A stretch of 64,000 bases of DNA from NCBI RefSeq assembly GCF_032444005.1, contig NC_091284.1, forward strand, positions 102,052,001-102,116,000. The letters run 5' to 3'. Positions within the stretch are counted from its first letter, which is position 1. Every line of letters starts with the position of its first letter. The notes under the pieces are model-generated. The model saw nothing but the letters and a program-made list of their open reading frames with translations. It was not told where the DNA came from and ran no database searches. The DNA comes from Ranitomeya imitator (Eukaryota). The position numbers and the translations under genes were made by a program. Shown one piece after another: positions 10,965-22,336 of this stretch.

Positions 10965-13900
10965 ATGAGTCCAAATTTGCTGCCATGTAAACGAACCACA
11001 TGCTGGAAAAACAATGGCACCAAATCAGAGGAGGAAGGCAATTTAGACAAAGGTACCAAATGGACCATCTTAGAGAAGCGATCACAAACCACCCAAATGA
11101 CCGACATCCTTTGAGAAACAGGGAGATCAGAAATAAAATCCATGGAAATATACGTCCAGGGCCTCTTCGGGACCGGCAAGGGCAAAAGCAACCCACTGGC
11201 ACGAGAACAGCAGGGCTTAGCCCCAGCACAAGTCCCACAGGACTGCACAAAAGAACGCACATCCCGTGACAAAGAAGGCCACCAAAAGGATCTAGCCACC
11301 AAATCTCTGGTACCAAAGATTCCAGGATGGCCAGCCAACACCGAACAATGAACCTCAGAGATAACTCTACTAGTCCATCTATCAGGAACAAACAGTTTCT
11401 CCGTTGGACAACGGTCAGGTCTATCAGCCTGAAACTTCTGCAGCACGCGCTGCAAATCAGGGGAGATGGCAGACAAAATTACCCCCTCTTTAAGAATACC
11501 TGCCGGCTCCGGAACACCCGGAGAGTCAGGCACAAAACTCCTTGACAGGGCATCAGCCTTCACATTCTTAGATCCCGGAAGGTATGAAACCACAAAATCA
11601 AAACGGGAGAAAAAGAGGGACCATCGAGCCTGTCTAGCATTCAACTGTTTGGCAGACTCGAGATAAGTCAAATTCTTGTGATCCGTCAAGACCACCACGC
11701 GATGTTTAGCTCCTTCAAGCCAATGTCGCCACTCCTCGAATGCCCACTTTATGGCCAACAGCTCTCGATTGCCAACATCATAATTGCGCTCAGCAGGCGA
11801 GAATTTTCTAGAAAAGAAGGCACATGGTTTCATCACCGAACCATCAGAACTTCTTTGCGACAAAACAGCCCCTGCTCCAATCTCACAAGCATCAACCTCG
11901 ACCTGAAACGGGAGCGAAACATCTGGCTGGCACAACACAGGGGCAGAAGAAAAACGACGCTTCAACTCCTGAAAAGCCTCTACATCCGCAGAGGACCAAT
12001 TGACCACATCAGCACCTTTCTTGGTCAAATCAGTCAACGGTTTAGCAATACTAGAAAAATTAGCGATGAAGCGACGGTAAAAATTAGCAAAGCCCAGAAA
12101 CTTCTGCAGGCTCTTCACAGATGTCGGCTGAGTCCAATCATAAATGGCCTGAACTTTAACAGGGTCCATCTCGATAGTAGAAGGGGAAAAAATGAAACCC
12201 AAAAATGAAACCTTCTGAACTCCAAAGAGACACTTTGACCCCTTCACAAACAAGGAATTCGCACGAAGGACCTGGAACACCATTCTGACCTGCTTCACAT
12301 GAGACTCCCAATCATCCGAAAAGACCAAAATGTCATCCAAATATACAATCATGAATCTATCCAGGTACTCTCGGAAGATGTCATGCATAAAGGACTGAAA
12401 CACAGATGGAGCATTAGAAAGCCCGAATGGCATAACCAGGTACTCAAAATGGCCCTCGGGCGTATTAAATGCTGTTTTCCATTCATCGCCCTGTTTAATT
12501 CGCACAAGATTATACGCCCCTCGAAGATCTATCTTGGTGAACCAACTAGCCTCCTTAATCCGAGCAAACAAATCAGACAGCAGCGGCAAAGGATACTGAA
12601 ATTTGACTGTGATCTTATTAAGAAGGCGGTAATCAATACAAGGTCTCAAAGAGCCATCCTTCTTGGCCACAAAAAAGAACCCTGCTCCCAATGGTGACGA
12701 CGACGGGCGAATATGACCCTTCTCCAAGGATTCCTTTATAAAACTCCGCATAGCGGCATGCTCTGGCACAGATAAATTAAACAGTCGGCCCTTAGGAAAC
12801 TTACTACCAGGAATCAAATTAATAGCACAATCGCAATCCCTATGAGGAGGTAGGGCACCAGATTTGAGCTCTTCAAATACATCCCGGTAATCTGATAAAA
12901 ACTCAGGGACTTCAGAAGGAGTGGAAGGCGAAATTGACAGCAATGGAACATCACCATGTACCCCCTGACAACCCCAGCCGGACACAGACATAGATTTCCA
13001 ATCCAACACTGGATTATGGACCTGTAGCCATGGCAACCCCAAAACGACCACATCATGCAGATTATGCAACACCAAAAAGCGAATATCCTCCTGATGTGCA
13101 GGAGTCATGCACATGGTCAATTGAGTCCAGTACTGAGGCTTATTCTTGGCCAAAGGCGTAGCATCAATTCCTCTCAATGGAATAGGATACTGCAAGGGCT
13201 CCAAGAAAAAACCACAGCGCCTGGCAAACTCCAAGTCCATCAAATTCAGGGCAGCGCCTGAATCCACAAATGCCATAACAGAATAGGGCGACAGAGAGCA
13301 AATCAGAGTAACGGACAAAAGAAATTTAGACTGTACCGTACCAATGATGGCAGACCTAGCGAAACGCTTAGTGCGCTTAGGACAATCGGAGATAGCATGA
13401 GTGGATTCACCACAGTAAAAACACAGCCCATTCCGACGTCTGTGTTCTTGCCGTTCAGCTCTGGTCAAAGTCCTATCACACTGCATAGGCTCAGGCCTAT
13501 GCTCAGAGAATACCGCCAAATGGTGCACAGCTTTGCGCTCACGCAAGCGCCGATCGATCTGAATGGCCAAGGACATAGACTCATTCAGACCAGCAGGCGT
13601 GGGAAATCCCACCATGACATCCTTAAGGGCTTCAGAAAGACCCTTTCTGAAAATTGCCGCCAGGGCACAGTCATTCCACTGAGTAAGCACAGACCACTTT
13701 CTAAACTTCTGACAGTACACCTCCGCTTCATCCTGACCCTGACACAAAGCCAGCAAGATTTTCTCTGCCTGATCCACTGAATTTGGTTCATCATAAAGCA
13801 ATCCAAGCGCCAGAAAAAACGCATCAACATCACGCAATGCAGGATCTCCTGGCGCAAGGGAAAATGCCCAGTCTTGAGGGTCACCAAGCAACAAAGAAAT

Positions 13901-14239
13901 AATGATTTTTACTTGTTGGACGGGGTCACCAGAGGAGCGGGGTTTCAAAGCTAGAAACAGTTTACAATTATTTTTGAAATTCAAGAACTTAGATCTATCC
14001 CCAGAAAATAAATCAGGAATAGGAATTCTAGGCTCTAACATCGGATTCTGAACCACAAAATCTTGAATGTTTTGTACCCTTGCAGTGAGATTATCCACAC
14101 AAGAGGACAGACCTTGAATGTCCATATCTACACCTGTGTCCTGAACCACCCAAAGCTCTTGGGGAAAAGAAAGACAAAACACAGTGCAAAGAAAAAAAAA
14201 TGGTCTCAGAACTTCTCTTATCCCTCTATTGAGATGCAT
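10949..14239 (-). CDS. Gypsy gag-pol polyprotein (gag, CCHC knuckle, protease, RT, RNase H, truncated integrase), 1096 aa ORF
   Basis: CFYCGESTHAISDC knuckle, FVDSGA protease, YLDD RT motif, RNase H (VDAC...NYDVGNRELLAI...TDHKNL) and integrase HHCC. The ORF breaks after VRLHG. Confidence 0.95.
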   Translation of the reverse strand: MHLNRGIREVLRPFFFLCTVFCLSFPQELWVVQDTGVDMDIQGLSSCVDNLTARVQNIQDFVVQNPMLEPRIPIPDLFSGDRSKFLNFKNNCKLFLALKPRSSGDPVQQVKIIISLLLGDPQDWAFSLAPGDPALRDVDAFFLALGLLYDEPNSVDQAEKILLALCQGQDEAEVYCQKFRKWSVLTQWNDCALAAIFRKGLSEALKDVMVGFPTPAGLNESMSLAIQIDRRLRERKAVHHLAVFSEHRPEPMQCDRTLTRAERQEHRRRNGLCFYCGESTHAISDCPKRTKRFARSAIIGTVQSKFLLSVTLICSLSPYSVMAFVDSGAALNLMDLEFARRCGFFLEPLQYPIPLRGIDATPLAKNKPQYWTQLTMCMTPAHQEDIRFLVLHNLHDVVVLGLPWLQVHNPVLDWKSMSVSGWGCQGVHGDVPLLSISPSTPSEVPEFLSDYRDVFEELKSGALPPHRDCDCAINLIPGSKFPKGRLFNLSVPEHAAMRSFIKESLEKGHIRPSSSPLGAGFFFVAKKDGSLRPCIDYRLLNKITVKFQYPLPLLSDLFARIKEASWFTKIDLRGAYNLVRIKQGDEWKTAFNTPEGHFEYLVMPFGLSNAPSVFQSFMHDIFREYLDRFMIVYLDDILVFSDDWESHVKQVRMVFQVLRANSLFVKGSKCLFGVQKVSFLGFIFSPSTIEMDPVKVQAIYDWTQPTSVKSLQKFLGFANFYRRFIANFSSIAKPLTDLTKKGADVVNWSSADVEAFQELKRRFSSAPVLCQPDVSLPFQVEVDACEIGAGAVLSQRSSDGSVMKPCAFFSRKFSPAERNYDVGNRELLAIKWAFEEWRHWLEGAKHRVVVLTDHKNLTYLESAKQLNARQARWSLFFSRFDFVVSYLPGSKNVKADALSRSFVPDSPGVPEPAGILKEGVILSAISPDLQRVLQKFQADRPDRCPTEKLFVPDRWTSRVISEVHCSVLAGHPGIFGTRDLVARSFWWPSLSRDVRSFVQSCGTCAGAKPCCSRASGLLLPLPVPKRPWTYISMDFISDLPVSQRMSVIWVVCDRFSKMVHLVPLSKLPSSSDLVPLFFQHVVRLHGSKFGLMWWTI

Positions 14240-15133
14240 TAATACTTTGGGCCAGCTGTACTGTTATGACCTGTTGGTTAGGAGCACCCGGCACGACCTG
14301 ATAGTTAAACTGACACGAGACAAGCTCTGGGATGTGGGAGCTCTGCTGACCGGAACCCCTAATCCTATCACACACACTAGAAATAGCCGTGGAGCGTTCC
14401 TGACTCTCCCTAGACACCTCTTCACAGCCTAAGAGCTAGCTAGGCCTAGAGATAGAAAATAAAGCCTACCTTGCCTCAGAGAAATTCCCCAAAGGTAAAG
14501 GAAGCCCCCCACATATATTGACTGTGAGTTAAGGTGAAGTCACAAACATAGAAATGAAACAGATTTCAGCAAAGGGAGGCCAGACTTACTAAACAGACAG
14601 AGGATAGGAAAGGTATCTTTGCGCTCAGCACAAAAAACTACAAAAGACCACGCAGAGTGTGCAAAAAGACCTCCGCACCGACTAACGGTGCGGAGATGCC
14701 ACTCTGCATCCCAGAGCTTCCAGCTAGCAAGACAAAATCATGATATCCAGCTGGACAAGGAAACAATGAACAAATAATAACTAGCAGGAACTTAGCTTCT
14801 GCTGGAATAGACAGGTCATCAGAAAGATCCAAGAGCGAACTGAACAAATGCAGGAACATTGACAGCTGGCATGGAGTAACGATCTGAGTGGAGTTAAATA
14901 GAGCAGCCAACCACAGGATAAACCACGTCACCTGTGTAAGGAACCTCAGAAGCAGCAGCTCCACTCACAGCCACCAGAGGGAGTCCATAGACAGAACTCG
15001 CCGAAGTACCATTCACGACCACAGGAGGGAGCTCGACAACAGAATTCACAACAGTTTATTTCCATTATATATATTTTTACTGGCCTGATTAACCCTTGCT
15101 TTGCCAGCACGAAAAAACTGCACTGTTAACTAA

Positions 15134-15619
15134 GGCCCCTTTCACACATCAGTTTTTTGCCGTCAGTCACAATCCATTGGCTCAACAGATCCGTCGCAGA
15201 TTGTGAAAAACTGATGCAACAGATTTGTTTTTTCCACAGATCCAACTAGGGGATTTGGCTAATTGGATCCTAAAAAATTGGAGCATGCTCCGTTAAAAAA
15301 AAATGGAATCCGTCACCGGATTCCATCATTTTACGGATCCGGCGCCCATAAGCCTCCATTCGAGCAAACGACGGATGGCGACGGATCCGATTTTTGGACG
15401 TACAAAAAGACATTACTTGTCCATTTTCTCCGGCCGTTGGACAAACAATTTTCGATGGATCCGGCGAACGACGGATGAAACATGAAGCCATCCATCGCAA
15501 TCCTTCGCTAATACAAGTCTATGAGAAAAACCAGATCTGGCGGCATCAGTTGCCAGATGCGTTTTTTCAAAATTCGACGGACTGCGACTGATAGCAAAAA
15601 CTGATGTGTGAAAGGGGCC
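15134..15619. mobile_element. PIF/Harbinger-type MITE
   Basis: TIR ggcccctttcacacatcagttttt / aaaaactgatgtgtgaaaggggcc; TAA TSD. Confidence 0.88.
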
Positions 15620-15744
15620 TAAGCTGGTGAAGCAGTTTTAATCAGTGCAGGAGTACGTAAAACTAGACGCTGCGATTTTCTGTCAGCGCCCTTACGCGGT
15701 ATACCCATGACACTCTGAGCCTGCAGGACAGCTTTAATTTCTTT

Positions 15745-16373
15745 GGATCTTGATTGGAGCTGCTTATTCACCATTCAGACTATCTTGCGTTGAATCCTTT
15801 CATCAATTTTTCTCCGCCATGCATGTCCAGAGAGATTATCTACAGTGCCATGGTTTGTAAACCTCTTGATTACATTGTGCACCATGCACAAAGGAACATC
15901 AAGATCCCTGGAGATGAACCTGAGATTGTTGATATTTTTCAACAATTTTGGTTCTCAAGTCCTTACACGGTTAGTTCAATTCTCCTCTTTCTGTTCTCCA
16001 TGCATAGTGTGACACACACAGACACACAATTCAAAGATTAAGTCAATTTATCGCCTTGTTATCTGGTTTGGGGGGTGATTTTTATATTGTCCACACCTGT
16101 CCCTTGCCACAGGTGAGTTTGAAGGAGCATCACATGCTTGAAACAAGTTCTCACAATTTTGAAAGATGTCAACAATTTTGTCCAGCCAATTTTGGAGGTT
16201 TTGTGTGAAATTATGTCCAATTTTCTCTTCTCCTGTTTTTTTTGTTGTTCCAATACAAACAAAGAAAGTAGACATATGTACTACAAAACATGTGTAACAG
16301 CAATCATTTTCTGGGAGAAATACTTCATTTTCTGGAATGATTTCAAGGGTGCCAACACTTTGGACCATGGCAG
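15745..16373 (-). mobile_element. Tc1 remnant (one TIR plus the transposase 5' region)
   Basis: Ends ...ggggtgccaacactttggaccatggcag followed by TA, a Tc1-like terminus. The left boundary is approximate. Confidence 0.5.
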
Positions 16374-17053
16374 TATCTGGCTTCAATTATGGTTTCGGTA
16401 ATATGAATCAGACGACAGGTTCCCTTTAAACTGATGTATATGTATGATATATATAGTAGTGACATTTCCTTTCCCGAATTGGAGATAGAAAAGAGCAGGT
16501 ATGGACTGTATAACTCAATATGAACTCAGAGAAATGGGCCGTGACAGGCAAACTTCTCACCTCGCCTTATAAATGATACACCTCTTATCATCTGAAAAAG
16601 TTTGAATTTCAAAAGTATGTTAATGTGTAGTCCATAATACACTGAATAACCCTTAACATTGTGAGAAAGTGTACAGAATGCAAAGTTCAAAGAAGAATAG
16701 CCCAATTTAGTGTACTTGATTAGTAATAACAACTAAAGGTCGCTGACTGTCCCAGACACAATCAAAAGTAATATAAAATATTTCCTAGAGCAACAAATAT
16801 ATAATGATATTAGTATGTAAAATAGGTGAACCGCAAGTAGATAGCACAGAAAAAAATGTCCAAACTTACCAAAACCTGGTCACAACACTAATACACTGCA
16901 GGATTCAGACAGGATCCTTTTCCATGTGCATCAACAATACTAGGTAGCCTCATCCTCCTAGGGCGGTATAGGTTTGCAAGAGGATTTTCATCAGTATTTT
17001 GCACTTGTACCACCTCCACTTTTTATCACAGAGGTCTACTGTATCCTATAGTG

Positions 17054-17931
17054 CAGAGGTCCCCAACCTTTTTTGCACCAGGGACCGGCTTTAAGCAAGA
17101 CCAGTTTTCCATGGCCCGGTGGGGTGGGGGTGGGGCAGGGGCGGGGCTCTGGTCATATGGGGGTGGAGTTATGGAGGGGTGGAGCTTAGTGCATACTTAT
17201 CATATAATTATGACATTTATAATGAGAATGTGATTCTCACACACACACATTCTCACACACACAATCACACACACACATTCACACACACATTCTCACACAC
17301 ACATTCTCACACACACATTCACACACCCCTCTCACCTCTCCTCGCACTCTCCCACAGCATCTCATTGCCTTCCTCTGACACAGCCGGCCGCTGAATGATG
17401 ACGTCATCCAGCGGCGCGTCTGTGTGAGAGGAAGCAGGAAGACAGATCGCTGGGCAGTGGAGCTGCAGGGATTTCTCCCTGCCCGTCACAGCCACCCTGC
17501 AGGGGCTCCCCTCCACCTCTGCACTTGTTGGGAGCCGGCGCTCTGCAGCTGACTCCCTGACCGGGGGCGGCAGAATGCAGCCGCCGGGGGAGACACTGCG
17601 GACCGCCGAATGAGGCGGCCCGACTGCGCCCCCCTGCCGGCTGCGCCCGGCTGCGCCCCCTAGATACGCCACTGGGCGTGTCAGTGAGGAGAGCCTGCCG
17701 CCCCACCCCGTCAGGAACACACCATGCTGCGCAGGAGGGCTGTGTCACTAAGACCCGCCTGACGCCCCGCCCCGTCCTGCATAATGTTCTCTGCCGGGAG
17801 CTGCGAGCTGTCACAGAGCGTGCTCTGACCAGGCGCAGGGCCACGAAGCTAGCTGTCAGCGGCGCCGCGGACCGGCTGAAAAACCCCAACGGCCCGGTCC
17901 TGGTCCGCGGACCGGCGGTTGGGGACCTCTG
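17054..17931. mobile_element. hAT/Charlie-type non-autonomous element with CA-rich microsatellite and GC-rich core
   Basis: TIR cagaggtccccaacc / ggttggggacctctg; perfect 8-bp TSD CTATAGTG; CA-rich tract at about 17239-17327. Confidence 0.88.
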
Positions 17932-19608
17932 CTATAGTGTGTTAGTATTGCAACCAGGTGCTGTATTAGTATGACTGCTGTTTTTCCTGTGATGTTTTTT
18001 GGATTTAAGTCTTTTGTAGTGAATTGCTTTTTTTTTTTTTACACACCTTTAATGTGGGTTGTGAGCGTGCATATTTTGTCCAAAATATCAAATGCCTCAT
18101 GTATTTTTTCGACTTTGCAGGATGCAGTCAGGCCTTGCAGTGTAGGTGGTGATGGTGGTGGGGTTTATAGGGTGTTGGGCCTTGTAGGGTACACTTGAAC
18201 AGTGGTTTTACCACCTGATTTAATAGCATAGGCATCACCAATAGGCTGTAGCTGGAATGGTGCACAACACGTATCTGTGTGACTCGCGCCCAACAGAAGC
18301 TGTGTGTATCAATAATACTAAGCAACCTGGCCTCTTACCATCTTTTGTTGTGAAGGCCTTCTGCAACCTGCAGTTTTAATATTGTGTCCAAGTATTGGTA
18401 AGTACGAAATTTTTTCTGTGAATGTTTTTTGGATTTGATATTCTATTCAGTGACCTGAACCACAGGTAACCCACACTTTCCCTTGTATCTGCAATGCTCA
18501 GCATAAATGAGTACACCCCCTTTGAAAAGTTACATTTGAAACAACCTCTCACTGAATACAAGGCCAATTTCCAACATTTTGACAAGACTGGGTAACGTAG
18601 AACACTTTTTAATCCATAACATGAAAGTAAGTTAAATAATATACTATATTTTTTAAATTATAAAACAATTTTTTCCCCCAAAATTTTTGGGGAAAAGAGG
18701 GTGCATCTTAAAATCCGAATGTAGCTTACAGGGTGGGGAAGGGGGGCAGCTGCGTTGGAGAGGAGTCCCGGAAAGCAAGGTCACTGCTGTAGGAAGCTGA
18801 CGGCAGTGGAGGCAAAAGTGGGACGATGCTATGGACCTCGGGCTGGGAGGAGGGGGGTGTTCGGTGGTACAAATATGCTTTTACAATGTCGGAAGTCCCA
18901 GCACTTTCCATCCTTTTGACTGCAGTGGACTTCGGGAAAATGGCATCGGAGATTGAGATCTAGGCTCCAGAGAAGCTTCCGTAAATGCAGACTATAAGAC
19001 ACATCACCATTTTAAAAAAAAACTTTTTTTTACTATTTTCCTCCCAAAAATTTGGAGTACCTTTTATGGTCCAGTATCTTATAGCCTGCAAAATACGGTA
19101 AGTTCCTATTCTTTTTCACGGTAAGTTCCTATTCACTAGTCGAAGCAAAAATGAATATTACCTACATCAAAAAGTATTACATCTAGTATTTAGTATAACC
19201 TCCATGATTTTTATGGACAGCACCAATTGTTTTAACTACGGAATGAACATTGGCAACATCTATCTTTTTCTATTCTTCAAGAACGGACATCTGGACAATG
19301 AACATTTGCTGTGATTCCCCAATACCCCTGAATAGGGGCCCACTCAGAAGTTTCACTCCACCCTGAGCTGAACCCCTAGCTACCACTCGTAGTAAATCTC
19401 ACGTTTTTTAAACACCTAATATTTATTATGTTCACCATGATTAATATTAATAGGGGTGATTTTAATAGGATTCTGAACACCTAAATGGATTGTAGTACAA
19501 TGTCTACTGAGGCTGTGCAACTGATACTTTATTTTAATTTAGCGGTGCATGTAGGGGCTGGATCTTTCTACCTGAATATAATAGCAATAACATTTCCACT
19601 CAATTATA

Positions 19609-22012
19609 CAGTTGTGCTCAAAAGTTCACATACCCCGGCATAATTTTTACTTTCTTGGCCTTTTTTCAGAGAATATGAATGAAAACACCAAAACTTTTTC
19701 TCCACTCATGGTTAGTGGTTGGGTGAAGCCATTTATTGTCAAACTACTGTGTTTTCTCTTTTTAAATCATAATGACAACACAAAACATCCAAACGACCCT
19801 GATCAATGTTTCATATACCCCATTTCTTAATACCGTGTATTGCTCCCTCTAACATCAATGACAGCTGGAAATCTTTTGTGGTAGTTGTGGATGAGGTTCT
19901 TTATTTTCTCAGATGGTAAAGCTGCCCATTTTTCTTCTCTGTAAATTCCTGGGCTGTCTAGCATGAACTGCGTGCTTGAGATCTCCGCAGAGTGGCTCAA
20001 TGATATTGAGGTCAGGAGACTGAGATGGCCACTCCAGAACCTTCACTTTGTTCTGCTGTAGCCAATGACAGGTCGACTTGGCCTTGTGTTTTGGATTGTT
20101 GTCATGTTGGAACGTCCAAGTACGTCCCATGCGTAGCTACTGGGCTGATGAGTGCAAATTTGCCTCCAGTATTTGCTGATAACGTGCTGCATTCATCTTT
20201 CCTTCAACTTTGACCACGTTTACTGTTCCTTTGTAGCTCACACATACCGAAAACATCAGCAATCCACGTCCATGCTTTACAGTAGGAATGGTGTTCCTTT
20301 CATCATAGGCCTTGTTGACTTCTCTCCAAATGTAACGCTTGTGGTTCTGGCCAAAAAGTTAAATTTTGGTCTCATCATTCCAAATTACCTAGTTCCAGAA
20401 GTTTTGAGGCTTGTCTCTGTGCTGTTTTGCATACTGTAGGCGATATACTTTGTGGCATTTGCGCAGTAATGGCTTTCTTCTGGCGACTTAACCATGCAGC
20501 CCATTTTTCTTCAAGTGTCTCCTTATTGTGCATCTTGAAACAGCAACCCCGATAGTTTTCAGAGAGTCCTGTATTTCAGCTGATGTTATCTGTGGGTTTT
20601 ATCTTTGCATCCTGAACAATTTTCCTGGCGGTTGTGGATGACATTTTTGTTGGTCTACCTGACCATGGTTTTGTTTTTCAGAGCTCCTGATTTTCCATTT
20701 GTTAATTACAGTTTCAACGCTGCTGACAGGCATTATCAATTCTTTGGACATCTTTTTGTATCCCTTACCTGTTTTATACTGTTTATTTACCTTTTCCCGT
20801 AGATCCGTTGACATTTCTTTTGTTTTCCCCATGATTCTCAATCCAGAAACGTCAGTGGCTGGATGAAAGATGCAAGAGTCTGTCTGGATCCCAGAAACTT
20901 ACTTAGCTTTTATGCACACATGCTGATTACAAGCAAACAGGTCACAGGTGAAAATGTTACCTTTAGTAGCCTTTCAAACCCATTTGTGTCAATTTAGGTG
21001 CATGTTATCAAGCTAAAATCACCAGGGGTATGTGTGTTGAGTTCCAACTGCTACACAGGGGGAATCTCAAACCATGTCTGCTGCGGTCTCCCATTCTTCA
21101 CCAGCCGCAGTGGAGCTTGCTCAGCGAAGACGTCGGTCCCAGCGTCTGGCTCAGGCTGATACTGGATGATTGGTTACTACTGCCCTTCCAGGCTCTGTCA
21201 TTGTAGCCAGCAATGTTCAGCAGCGAGCAGGTCTTTCTGGGACTAAGTCCTGCTTTTCCCATACTGAGCATGCCCACGTGACAACATGCTCAGATCCTGT
21301 AGCAGCTCATATTGGACCACCAGAAAGGTCCTTGTCTGCTACAGCTATAAAAGGTTCGCATGGCCGCATGGCCATGCGCTAGTATCAACCTATGTTTTGA
21401 GCCTTGCTACTGTGTGGTCATGTTTACATGAGGTCAGGGTTGGCTGAAATAAGCCCCTAGAATACCGGCACCTCCGGTAAGGAGTTTTGTGTGTTTGGAT
21501 TCAGGTCTTGGCTGAAATAAGCAACTAGAATACAGGCACCTCCAGTGAGGAGTTGTTTGTGTGCTATGCTGACTGCATGACCACAGTTTCGCTCTGTCCG
21601 GTAGCTGTGTTCCTCTGTGAGGTTAACAGGGCACAGCGTTTCCCTATCCTAGCGATTCTGTGAAGTAACAGAGTTCGCTAATACCGCCATATAGCGCCGC
21701 CAATTGCTAGCAGCAGGTTCCTCTCCTGCCCGGTGGAACCGGGGTTGCGAACGCACCTAACAATACATATATTTTCATACTCGGTGTGTTCCGCCAACCC
21801 TAACAATGTGAACTTTTGATCAAAGTCATTTGGAAGTTTTGGGTTGTCATTATGATTTAAAAAGAGAAAACATAGTAGTTTGACAATAAATGACTTCACC
21901 CAACCACTACTCATGAGTGGAGAAAAAGTTTTGGTGTTATCATTCATATTCTATGAAAATAGGCTAAGAAAGCAAAAATTCGGCCGGGTATGTAAACTTT
22001 TGAGCACAACTG
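19609..22012 (-). mobile_element. Tc1 transposon with long TIRs (about 200 bp), decayed transposase, interrupted by a solo LTR
   Basis: TA|cagttgtgctcaaaag...cttttgagcacaactg|TA. Fragments MGKTKEMSTDLREKV and [14 protein letters not shown]...[12 protein letters not shown] in ORFs 20599-20841 and 19909-20130. Confidence 0.92.
21035..21805. mobile_element. Solo LTR (TG...CA) inserted in Tc1
   Basis: tgttgag...ccctaaca with perfect 5-bp TSD ATGTG. Removing it restores the Tc1 motif ggggtatgtgaacttttgatc. Homologous to 43274-44257 in the opposite orientation. Confidence 0.88.
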
Positions 22013-22336
22013 TATATGGTTTTAATTACGGTAATGTGTCTTGTCCACTTTGTTTTAAAAAAGTTATTTTAATATGTTATTATTGATGTTGTGCTGGATT
22101 CTTGTAGGTGTTATTACAATTCATAGTAAATCTGACTCCCCACTGGCTCTATTTTAAAGGGTTTTTCCCAGAATTGTTATAAAATAAATACATAAAATTA
22201 ATATAAAAATTAAACATTTTTCTTTCTAAGTATTTTTGTTTAGCAAAAAGGTATTCCTTATCTACTGCACTCTGTCAGAATTTTAAAGATGGAAGCTGAC
22301 ATAAATCAGTGTGCAGTGCACCCATTCAGCTTGACT

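Larger units (their letters stand above)
9632..15053 (-). mobile_element. Ty3/Gypsy chromovirus-type (sushi-like) LTR retrotransposon with two LTRs
   Basis: 792-bp LTRs at 9632-10423 and 14262-15053 (TGTT...AACA), about 14 substitutions by manual comparison. Polypurine tract AAGGGGGGG just inside the 3' LTR (about 10428-10436 on the minus strand). Identical GTTTAT flanks. Confidence 0.97.

Noticed and set aside
14240-14261. tRNA primer-binding site of the Gypsy element
   Set aside because: The sequence after the 5' LTR (GTACAGCTGGCCCAAAG on the minus strand) does not begin with the usual TGG at the expected offset, and I could not assign a tRNA.
17400-17930. CpG-island-like region with ORFs of 98-161 aa, suggesting a gene promoter or first exon
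   Set aside because: It lies entirely inside a TIR- and TSD-bounded hAT-type element, and the peptides are low-complexity.
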